From an uncultured Nitrososphaerota archaeon (lineage in GTDB: Archaea > Thermoproteota > Nitrososphaeria > Nitrososphaerales > Gagatemarchaeaceae), in the NCBI GenBank assembly GCA_963703285.1, contig OY969807.1, positions 544,001-608,000 of the forward strand: a stretch of 64,000 nt of DNA, given 5' to 3'. This document shows, piece by piece, positions 49,866-57,508 of the stretch (the first letter of the stretch is position 1; each line of letters opens with the position of its first letter). The position numbers were made by a program, and so were the translations under genes. The notes beneath the pieces are model-generated. The model had not been told where the DNA came from. It saw nothing but the letters and a program-made list of their open reading frames with translations, and did no database searches.

Positions 49866-51728
49866 TCAAATGCCGTTGGAGAGCCAGGGCAGGTTCAGCG
49901 GCGTCTGCACAGGTATACTGGACTCGCCCTCGAGCGAGTTCAGAATATCCCCGTACAGCGCCCTGTCACTCTTCTTCGCGGCCTTCGAGAGCTTCATGAT
50001 GATCAGCTTCGGCGTGCTAGACCCGATGTGGTCGAACTTCGGCTGCCTGTCGACGATGAGCTCTCCCTCTCTGTCAAGACCCTCCGCCTCTATCCCGTCG
50101 ACCCTGATCGAAAGCTTCACGTGAGGAAGGGTCTCCCGGGCAAGGTGCGTCACCAGGAGGAGGAGGCTGCTGCCCGTCGCGGCCGTGTTCACTATCCCCG
50201 CCAGGATCCTGCCCGCGGCTCCGGGTTCGGTCAGGGCCTCGAATTCGTCCATGAGGACGAGCTTCCTGCGCCTGTCGGCGAAGACGGGGATGAGCGAGCC
50301 GAGGGCCTGCTCGAGGCTCCCTATCTTCCGCGTCACCCTCCTCCTGAACAAATAGATGGGGATGGGGGCGACCTCGGCGCTCTCGCAGGGAACCGGCAGG
50401 CCGAGGAGCGCGAGGATGTGAACTGAGGCGAGGGTCGTGAGGAGCGTCGTCTTTCCCCCGCTGTTCGCTCCCGTCAGCATGACGACGTTCCTTGGCTTGG
50501 CCCCAGCTATCTTCGTCGACCTCGTACTGCCCAGCGCGTAGCTGACAGGCTGGACGACCGCCCTTCTCCCGCCCTCAATCTCATCCTTCGTCAGGAAGAG
50601 GTTGCGGCCATTTACGAAGGCCATACCCTCGTTTCCGATAACAGGCACTGTGAGGGTGTACTCTTCCATCATGGATGCTACCGCCAGCATCTGGTCGAGA
50701 GAGACTACTCTCTCAACCGCATCATCCACCACGACCCAGTACCGCTTCAGAGACGACTCTGTCCTGGCGAGCTTGGCTGCCCTCTCCTCCTTCTGTCGTC
50801 CCTCCCATTTCTGGACGACTCTCCGCCTTCCAGCCCTCTCGAACTCGAAAGGAATCGACAGCCCCTCGAGTGCTGCCCTTCTGACCTCGCTCTCCTCCTC
50901 CGAGTCCATCCTGAGAGTGCTGACCACCTCCTCGACCTGCTCTTCGACTATCCTCCTCGCCCGCTCTTCGTCAACCCCTCCCTTTCGGAACTTCTCGTTG
51001 ATCAGAATCTCCGCGTCGGACAGGACCCCCTCCGCATCCTGGACTCCCTTGCTCTCATGCTCCTCTAGGGTCTTCATTACGCTCTCCAGAATGCTCCCAT
51101 CGGTGTTCCTGAAGAACGACCTCAGCGTCACAACCTCGTCGAAGCTTCCAATGATCGAATGAGCCGCCTTGATCATGCGCCTGCGTTTGATGAAGTAATC
51201 CAGGGTGTCGGATTCCGTCCTCGAGGACGGCTTCTTTCCGGACGGAGCATCGAAGGAAACCTCGGCGAGCACACCCCTTAGCTCATCGAGCCTTCCTAGC
51301 TGCCTCAGCTCCCTCATGATGTCCGTTCCAGTCAGGCACGCGCTCAGCCTGCTCTGGATCGCCTCCCTGTCCAGCGCTGGCGCAAGCAGCGAGAATCTGT
51401 TCTTGGCGAGCTTGGACGAGGCGTGCTCCGAAAAGAGCGAGAGTATGTCCCTGGCAAGCTTTCTGGCGTCCGGCGTCCTGAAGACCCTCCTCTCCCGGAC
51501 ACCCGAAGCCTCTTCGCTGTGCGCGCGCATGAGCTGGTACGCCTTCTTCCTCCCTGTCGCAGCCATCTCGGCGAAGCCATCGACGTCAGCCAGCCTGACC
51601 CTGCCCAGCAGATCCCGGGCCTTCTCTTCGGAGACGGTCTGGAGGTTGACTCCGAGACGACCGGCGAGCTTGAGTAAGTCATCGTACTTCATCGGCGCCC
51701 CCCGCCTCGACAAATCTGAGACCGACAT
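49866..51728 (-). CDS. Archaeal MutS-family ATPase (MutS5-like, no mismatch or Smr domain)
   Basis: LTGANSGGKTTLL, LMDEFEALTEPGAA, VTHL and RVDGIEAEGLD motifs. Confidence 0.82.
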   Translation of the reverse strand: MSVSDLSRRGAPMKYDDLLKLAGRLGVNLQTVSEEKARDLLGRVRLADVDGFAEMAATGRKKAYQLMRAHSEEASGVRERRVFRTPDARKLARDILSLFSEHASSKLAKNRFSLLAPALDREAIQSRLSACLTGTDIMRELRQLGRLDELRGVLAEVSFDAPSGKKPSSRTESDTLDYFIKRRRMIKAAHSIIGSFDEVVTLRSFFRNTDGSILESVMKTLEEHESKGVQDAEGVLSDAEILINEKFRKGGVDEERARRIVEEQVEEVVSTLRMDSEEESEVRRAALEGLSIPFEFERAGRRRVVQKWEGRQKEERAAKLARTESSLKRYWVVVDDAVERVVSLDQMLAVASMMEEYTLTVPVIGNEGMAFVNGRNLFLTKDEIEGGRRAVVQPVSYALGSTRSTKIAGAKPRNVVMLTGANSGGKTTLLTTLASVHILALLGLPVPCESAEVAPIPIYLFRRRVTRKIGSLEQALGSLIPVFADRRRKLVLMDEFEALTEPGAAGRILAGIVNTAATGSSLLLLVTHLARETLPHVKLSIRVDGIEAEGLDREGELIVDRQPKFDHIGSSTPKLIIMKLSKAAKKSDRALYGDILNSLEGESSIPVQTPLNLPWLSNGI

Positions 51729-51882
51729 TGGCTCGTGCGCTTGTCGGCCTCGCTTTATCCGTTTGTTGCCAATACTTGCTGATTCACTCGCGCTTCTTGT
51801 CTATCCTGCGACGGAGGAGGCGTCGAAGCGCTCAGCTCTGCTCCTTTGCCTCGACTCGATTCGCGGGCAACACCCCAGACGC

Positions 51883-53121
51883 CTATGCAGCCTTGTACCT
51901 GAGCAAAGCAGCAAAACCGCCAAGAGCGTTGAGTTTTTCCTTCTCCTCGGACTCGGAAGAGATCACTTCAACCTTGGCATCGGTTGAGCTAGCGGCATCT
52001 TCCAAGACATCCACGATGTCTCTATCTTCCACCTCGTACTCTAGCCCATCGCACTTTCCGCATCGTACTGCCAGTTCCTGCTCGGTGGTTTCCATCTTCT
52101 CATCTTCATGCGCCAGTCGTGTTCTTGACTCCCCGCACTTTTTGCATGTCAGGATAATCTCGGTCAGGCCGGTGTTATCCGCGACTAGAACGGTGTTTGC
52201 AACTCCATTCCTCACAGCGTCCAGCACCTTATCCAATCCCTGAATTGCCAACCCGTCTTCCTTGGCCATGTCTGCCTCCAGCCGTTGCAACAACTTGGCA
52301 TCCTCAGCAGAATGAATCCTTTTCAGCGCCTCGGCTGATTTCTCAAGAGCTTCTTTCACCCCCTCTTTTCCTGAAAGCGCTGTGTTCACCTGGGGAAGAA
52401 GGATGTTCTTGAGCTCGTAGCGAAGGAAATCTTCTTTCAGAAAATCCTCCTTGGTAAAGCCCGGCCCTCCGACGATCAGTGCCGTAACTCTTTGTTTTGT
52501 GATGAAGGCCTCCGTCGCGTAATCCGCGACCCTGTGAAAGTAATACGTGAGCTCCATGTCGCGCTCTCGCTCATACCTTCTCTGGCTCCATCCGCCCTTG
52601 TCGGTCTTGCCAGGAATGCCGGAGGTGATGTGGTCAACTATGTCGAGTCTATCGCCGTTCAGGACACCAAATCCTGCCTCGTCAGCATCCATCGCGATTA
52701 CTCCGACGACCCTTTCTTCTCGGAGCATCTTCCTGAGCGTCGCTAGATTGAAGTGATCGTCGATATCGAAAGTAAACTCGGTTAGGGGTTCTGGCGGGAT
52801 CAACACTTGAACCTCCGCGCCCTTTGCGCCTACATTGGCGGCAGCGAATATCGCGAGGCCATTGTCTGGAATCTCGCTTCGCGTCTTGAGAAGATGAATT
52901 ATCTCCGAGAGTTCGTCTCGAACCTCTCGTCTTGCCTCTTGAGATTTGATTTCTGGAGAATCTAACCTTTCCTTGAGGAACGCATCCAATTCCTCAATCG
53001 TCTTACCCCTCGGTATGTAGAGCGATACAAGGTCTCTTGCCGTTCCCTCTTTGCTCGACAAGGAAGCCATGAGCTTCCTCATCTTGTACTGCTTTAGAGA
53101 ATTCGTACTCGTTGCAAGCAA
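51883..53121 (-). CDS. aRF1/eRF1-superfamily paralogue with Zn ribbon and divergent motifs
   Basis: LVSLYIP, NGLAIF, PPEP, SGIPGK..KGGWSQRRYER, GGPGFTK, CKKC...CGKC and GGFAALLRY motifs. Confidence 0.88.
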   Translation of the reverse strand: MLATSTNSLKQYKMRKLMASLSSKEGTARDLVSLYIPRGKTIEELDAFLKERLDSPEIKSQEARREVRDELSEIIHLLKTRSEIPDNGLAIFAAANVGAKGAEVQVLIPPEPLTEFTFDIDDHFNLATLRKMLREERVVGVIAMDADEAGFGVLNGDRLDIVDHITSGIPGKTDKGGWSQRRYERERDMELTYYFHRVADYATEAFITKQRVTALIVGGPGFTKEDFLKEDFLRYELKNILLPQVNTALSGKEGVKEALEKSAEALKRIHSAEDAKLLQRLEADMAKEDGLAIQGLDKVLDAVRNGVANTVLVADNTGLTEIILTCKKCGESRTRLAHEDEKMETTEQELAVRCGKCDGLEYEVEDRDIVDVLEDAASSTDAKVEVISSESEEKEKLNALGGFAALLRYKAA

Positions 53122-53233
53122 TCCCTCCAGTTAGCTCCACTCAAAGTGCATGTATCCTTTGCGCGCTCCTTCAAGCCTGTGCTTGGACTTGGACTCCGGC
53201 GTTCTAGCCCAGAGATTGTACATGGGCCCTCGT

Positions 53234-53339
53234 GCCGGGGGGGGTCAACAAGAATGGTCAACGTCGTGGGAATGAGGCGCCATCCGCCTCAGACCTCCCA
53301 TCCCTTAGGGGTTCGTGGGTTCGAATCCCACCCCCCGCA
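53234..53339 (+). tRNA. tRNA-Leu(GAG) with a 17-nt 37/38 intron (53278-53294); appears degenerate
   Basis: tggga/tccca anticodon stem, GAG anticodon, ccc-tta-ggg variable arm, gtggg-ttcgaat-cccac T-arm, cccccgc-a end; mismatches in the 5' acceptor strand, D-stem and position 32. Confidence 0.75.
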
Positions 53340-53416
53340 CTTATGTGGTACATATATTATGCCCCAGCGATATTTTTCCCACCATCTTTAACTAGTGGGA
53401 CGACGCAAGGCTGAAT

Positions 53417-53665
53417 ATGAGCGAATTGGTTTCGATGGATAAGAAGGGCAGGCTTGTCTTGCCAAAAAAAGTCAGGACAGAAGCGCGTATTGATGTCGAT
53501 AGAAAGCTGGTTGCCAGAGTGATAGGCGTAGGACGCGTGGAGTTGTCCGATCCGGATGTCCTATCGACGAAGGCGCAAGAAATCGGGAAAAAGAAACTGG
53601 CAGGGTGGAGGGAAGAAAAGCACGAGTCAAGCAATTACCTCTACGAGTCGGCGAAAGGGAAATGA
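53417..53665 (+). CDS. AbrB-family antitoxin (cassette 1)
   Basis: MDKKGRLVLPKKVR motif. Confidence 0.88.
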   Translation: MSELVSMDKKGRLVLPKKVRTEARIDVDRKLVARVIGVGRVELSDPDVLSTKAQEIGKKKLAGWREEKHESSNYLYESAKGK

Positions 53666-54048
53666 GACTTATCGACACCGTCGTGCTGATTGGCTATCTT
53701 AACCCCCTGGACAAGGAGCACAGGCCATCAGTTGGACACCTTGAGAAAGTCAATTCAGATGAGGACGTTTTTGTTCCAAATCTCTCATTGGTAGAAGCTG
53801 ATCTCGTCATGAAGATCCGAGGGTATTCTCACTCCGAGAGGGAAACCTCCTGGCGCGCGCTTGAAAGCAAGATTCCTCAATCGAAGATAATGGTGCACTC
53901 AGTGTCTTCGATTTACTCGGCATTGCAGCTCCAGGAACAAGGAATGGACTATTTCGACTCTCTCATCACATCACTCGCTCTGGAGACTAGCTCTATCGTA
54001 GTGACCACGGACAAACAAATTGGAACAGCGGTGAAGACGGAATGGTAA
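53662..54048 (+). CDS. vapC: PIN/VapC toxin (cassette 1)
   Basis: LIDTVVL, LVE, YFDSLI and TTDK motifs; ATG at 53662 overlaps the antitoxin stop. Confidence 0.88.
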   Translation: MRLIDTVVLIGYLNPLDKEHRPSVGHLEKVNSDEDVFVPNLSLVEADLVMKIRGYSHSERETSWRALESKIPQSKIMVHSVSSIYSALQLQEQGMDYFDSLITSLALETSSIVVTTDKQIGTAVKTEW

Positions 54049-54069
54049 GGGAACCACCTCGGCGCATTG

Positions 54070-54129
54070 CCCCCTGACGTCCAAGGGAACTGTCATGGGG
54101 TTCTCGTGTTCGAATCCCACCCCCCCGCA
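54070..54129 (+). repeat. Cassette-boundary repeat R1 (hairpin + tRNA-Leu 3' end)
   Basis: cccctgac..aagggaactgtcatggggttctcgtgttcgaatcccacccccccgca. Confidence 0.85.
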
Positions 54130-54300
54130 TCTTAATAGAGTTGAATCTTGCTCTGTTCATCATTTAAAGTTAGATTTGAGGGGCTTGTCAATGACTATAG
54201 AAGTTTGTTCGACCAGCTGCAAACCAGCTTGGCAGGCGGCTATCATGCACATGGGCGGTTATATCCTTCCTAAACTCGAAAATCAGATAGGTGCGCGAAG

Positions 54301-54705
54301 TTGGCAGAAGAGATCAAGTATCCCTCTATGGACCAGGTTTCGAGGCTCTATAATCGAACGATTGACGCGACAGGCGGTGAACGCGGATACCTCAGCAAGT
54401 CTAACCTGGACTACCTTTTGGACACGGTCCGAGATGTTGGGGAGAGGCTGCCGAGAAGACGGGCCATTCTGAAGAAGGCAGCGTTTTTACTGTACAACAT
54501 AATTGTGATACACCCGTTCCTTAACGGCAACAAGCGAGCCGCTTATGGACTTGTGGAGCTATTCTTGAACTCTAATGGCTACAAGGTTTCTCCCGAGACC
54601 AATGAGGCATACCTATTCCTCATTGAAGTTGCATCTGGGAAGATTTCAGAGAGCGAAGTCGAAACGTGGATAGCAATGCATTTAACGGAGCTGACAGCAG
54701 AATGA
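54301..54705 (+). CDS. doc: Doc (Fic-family) toxin (cassette 2)
   Basis: KAAFLLYNI..HPFLNGNKR motif. Confidence 0.9.
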   Translation: MAEEIKYPSMDQVSRLYNRTIDATGGERGYLSKSNLDYLLDTVRDVGERLPRRRAILKKAAFLLYNIIVIHPFLNGNKRAAYGLVELFLNSNGYKVSPETNEAYLFLIEVASGKISESEVETWIAMHLTELTAE

Positions 54706-54712
54706 AGAGCAG

Positions 54713-54826
54713 ATGGCCCAGAAAGTGAGGACAGCGAAACAGATTACAGATAGAGATTTCGACAGACTAGCAGAATTAGTCCTCGAAGAAAACAGCGAAC
54801 TCTTCGAAATGCTGGCCAAGGTATAG
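54713..54826 (+). CDS. 37-aa putative Doc antitoxin
   Basis: Manual translation MAQKVRTAKQITDRDFDRLAELVLEENSELFEMLAKV*; amphipathic acidic helix immediately after doc. Confidence 0.6.
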   Translation: MAQKVRTAKQITDRDFDRLAELVLEENSELFEMLAKV

Positions 54827-54888
54827 CTACGGTTCTCCCACGCCTTTGTGTAATGGTTGCTACCCAAGGGGTCGCCATCTCGATGGGA

Positions 54889-54950
54889 ACCCCCATCCAA
54901 TAAGGGAACTGTTGGGGGTACCTCGTGTTCGAATCCTACCCCCCGCACCA
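54889..54950 (+). repeat. Cassette-boundary repeat R2
   Basis: acccccatcca.taagggaactgttgggggtacctcgtgttcgaatcctaccccccgcacca. Confidence 0.85.
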
Positions 54951-55042
54951 CTTGGTCTGAATTCGGCTTGTACTCGAATCTGGCGGCCCAGACAGCAGGT
55001 CGTAACGTTTTTATCGATAGATATGATAAGATATCATACGCT

Positions 55043-55411
55043 ATGGCGCAGATACTGGTTCGAGTAGATGAGGATTTGGCGAAGGAGGTTAGGAGGATGG
55101 TCAAGGAAAAATACGGGGGAAGAAGAGGTGGTCTGAGCCTGATCGTCGAGGAGGCGCTCCGGAATGCTGTTTCGCCTCCGGCTGAGATTTCATCGTCCAC
55201 GCTCCTTGAGGTAATCGACTACGTTTCGAGAGCTTCCAGAGAAGGCCAGCCCAAGGATCAAATACTGACCAATGTCTTTCTCATGCTGGACCGGGAGTTC
55301 GAGCAGAGTATCATCAAGGGGCTAGAAGATCAAGGGAAGGGCAAATACAAGAGCGCCCCGAAGGGGGAAGACCCCGTCGAGTTTCTTCGGAAGTTGGCCC
55401 AGCGAGTATGA
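55043..55411 (+). CDS. RHH antitoxin (cassette 3)
   Basis: MAQILVRVDEDLAKEVRR...YGGRRGGLSLIVEEALR; upstream tatgat/atcata inverted repeat. Confidence 0.8.
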   Translation: MAQILVRVDEDLAKEVRRMVKEKYGGRRGGLSLIVEEALRNAVSPPAEISSSTLLEVIDYVSRASREGQPKDQILTNVFLMLDREFEQSIIKGLEDQGKGKYKSAPKGEDPVEFLRKLAQRV

Positions 55412-55414
55412 GCT

Positions 55415-55693
55415 TTGCCAAGGCAGATTAGATACACGGACGAATTCGTGATTCGTTTCAAGGAGCTCTCGCGGGGACAGCAGTCATTGGTGGAGGAGTC
55501 CGTAAGACGAATCCTCTCAGCTGATGATCCAACAGCATTTGCCCATCACTTGGAACGCAGGGCCTACTTCTGTAACTGGAGTCACAGAGTGAGGAACAAC
55601 TTGATAATCGTCTTCGGCTTATCAAAGATGACACTTACATTCCTGTCCACAGGAACTCATTCGCAAGCTTACCGGCCAAAACCATTAGCCTAG
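55415..55693 (+). CDS. RelE/YafQ-like toxin (cassette 3)
   Basis: YTDEF..RFKEL...WSHRV..NLIIVF...GTHSQAY. Confidence 0.8.
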   Translation: MPRQIRYTDEFVIRFKELSRGQQSLVEESVRRILSADDPTAFAHHLERRAYFCNWSHRVRNNLIIVFGLSKMTLTFLSTGTHSQAYRPKPLA

Positions 55694-55746
55694 GAGTCCC
55701 CAGAGCTCAGGCAATCGTTGGACTTGAGCCCCCCTAACCTGCTGCG

Positions 55747-55800
55747 ACCCCTGACACCGAAGGGAACTGTTGGGGGTACCTCGTGTTCGAATGCCCTCCC
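55747..55800 (+). repeat. Cassette-boundary repeat R3 (3' end decayed)
   Basis: acccctgacaccgaagggaactgttgggggtacctcgtgttcgaat; core identical to R2. Confidence 0.85.
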
Positions 55801-56046
55801 TTCCGTACAAACGGCTAGGAGATTCTAACGGTCGCATGCAGCGTAGAGTGTGGAGCAGAACCCTCCGGCGGAACTGGCTTACAGTGACACAATCTGCCAA
55901 GTCTGAAAACCTGTCAATACGTCACTGTAATCACAGCTCATGGTCAGGGTTGCCAAAAGGGTGCTGCGCGGTAAGACTTTCGCCCAGGCGATTCCTACCT
56001 CTCGGTAGGATAAAGTTCAAATGTGAGTTCATACCTCCTTCCTCAC

Positions 56047-56307
56047 ATGTCAGCCAAGCGAACCGTGGGAGCGAAGGGCCAGGTTGTAATCCCCAAGGAC
56101 ATGCGAGACCAGCTTGGGATCTCTCCTGGTTCAGAGATAGTCTTCGACCTCAGGGACGATAAGATTACGATCCGACCCGGGAGGGACCCGGCGAGCGAGG
56201 TCGAGGCGTACCTCTCGGTGATAAAGGACAAACTGAAGAAAGAGGTCGACCTAAAGAAGATCATCGAAGAGGAGTCGTTTGTCGCGAATGATCTACCTGG
56301 ACAGTAG
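56047..56307 (+). CDS. AbrB-family antitoxin (cassette 4)
   Basis: VGAKGQVVIPKDMRDQLGISPG; upstream tcctacc-tctc-ggtagga inverted repeat. Confidence 0.9.
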   Translation: MSAKRTVGAKGQVVIPKDMRDQLGISPGSEIVFDLRDDKITIRPGRDPASEVEAYLSVIKDKLKKEVDLKKIIEEESFVANDLPGQ

Positions 56308-56695
56308 CATCTTCCTTTCCGCGGCTCTCTACGATCCAAAAGCTTCGGCATCCGCAAGTAGAGCCAGGGCGGCCCTCAAGCGACTCCCCAGCGGGGAGAT
56401 TGAAGCCTGCACGGCGACGCTCACCTGGGACGAGGTTGTCTGGACCGTTCGAAGGCTCGTCGGCGCAAAGGAGGCTCTCGACCAGGGAAGGGCCCTCCTA
56501 CGCCTCCCCCGGCTCAGGCTCCTCTCGGTGGACTCGGATGCCCTCGCGAGAGCCCAGGAAATCGCGGAGGAGGACCACCTCAAGCCCAGGGACGCGATAC
56601 ACGCCGCAGTCGCCTTGAACAACGGCGTCAGGGACTTCATGAGCTTCGACGGCGAATTCTCCGATGTCAGGGGCGTCAGGAGAATTGAGCCGTAA
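56288..56695 (+). CDS. vapC: PIN/VapC toxin (cassette 4)
   Basis: IYLDSSIF, WDEV, PRDAIHAA and SFDGEF motifs. Confidence 0.9.
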   Translation: MIYLDSSIFLSAALYDPKASASASRARAALKRLPSGEIEACTATLTWDEVVWTVRRLVGAKEALDQGRALLRLPRLRLLSVDSDALARAQEIAEEDHLKPRDAIHAAVALNNGVRDFMSFDGEFSDVRGVRRIEP

Positions 56696-56789
56696 CGGGC
56701 CGTCTATACCCCCGGTCTGGACCCCGCGTCTAGATGCGGCATTCTTCCGCCCTATATAGCATCCAGCAGTTCTGCAGCCCTGACGACAT

Positions 56790-57371
56790 ATGAAGACAGC
56801 GAAAGTCGCAGCAATCGGCGCAGCCTCCATCTTCGCGGTGGTAGCGCTGCTCCTCGCAGTCCCGGCAATGGCAGCCACGCAGAACACATCCCTGATAGCC
56901 AACACATCCACCACGGGCGCGACCACCTCGGTGGTCCCCGCCCCGACGACCCTCTCGCCCGGTCAGACCATAACCTTCACCAGCACCACAGGTGCCTGGA
57001 AGGTCATAGCGTCCCCGTCCGCGGTCGAGAAGGTCAAGTCAGGTCCGGCGTCCGGCACGATGACCCTCACCGTGACAGGCGCCTACAAGGGCGGGTACGC
57101 CCTCTCCCTGACGTCGGGCTCCGTCTCAATCAACGGGACGACCTACGCCTTCGGACCCGGCTCGGCTGAGATGGGCCCGCACCAGGCTCACCTGGTCGGC
57201 CAGGGCACCCTCGCCACAACCACCGCCTCCGCCACCCGAGGCTCGTTCCTCTTCGCGGCTGGCGCGCACGCCAACTTCCAGGGGTCGACCTACAACACAC
57301 TGCGCCTAGACGTACAAGTGAACGGACAGGAGTACGGCGTCCTCCTCTTGGTGACCGCAACGGTCTCCTAG
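56790..57371 (+). CDS. Secreted Thr/Ser/Gly-rich beta protein
   Basis: Signal peptide MKTAK...VPAMA; tatata upstream; T-tract downstream. Confidence 0.75.
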   Translation: MKTAKVAAIGAASIFAVVALLLAVPAMAATQNTSLIANTSTTGATTSVVPAPTTLSPGQTITFTSTTGAWKVIASPSAVEKVKSGPASGTMTLTVTGAYKGGYALSLTSGSVSINGTTYAFGPGSAEMGPHQAHLVGQGTLATTTASATRGSFLFAAGAHANFQGSTYNTLRLDVQVNGQEYGVLLLVTATVS

Positions 57372-57508
57372 GGGACGCCCCTCCTTCCTCCCCTTTTTGT
57401 GATGAAATACCAGTGCTCTCAAGGCTATAGACACGCGAGATGCGCCACCGGACGCGAATCCAATGGCGACTTCGATGGTCTGGAAACCGGCGGAGCGCGT
57501 CGGCTGCC

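Noticed and set aside
54857-55042. N-terminal extension of the RHH antitoxin ORF
   Set aside because: Reads through repeat R2 by chance; the promoter/operator places the start at 55043.
54070-55800. Repeats R1-R3 as a CRISPR array
   Set aside because: Spacing is ~800 bp with whole genes between, the repeats are tRNA-derived, and no cas genes are present.
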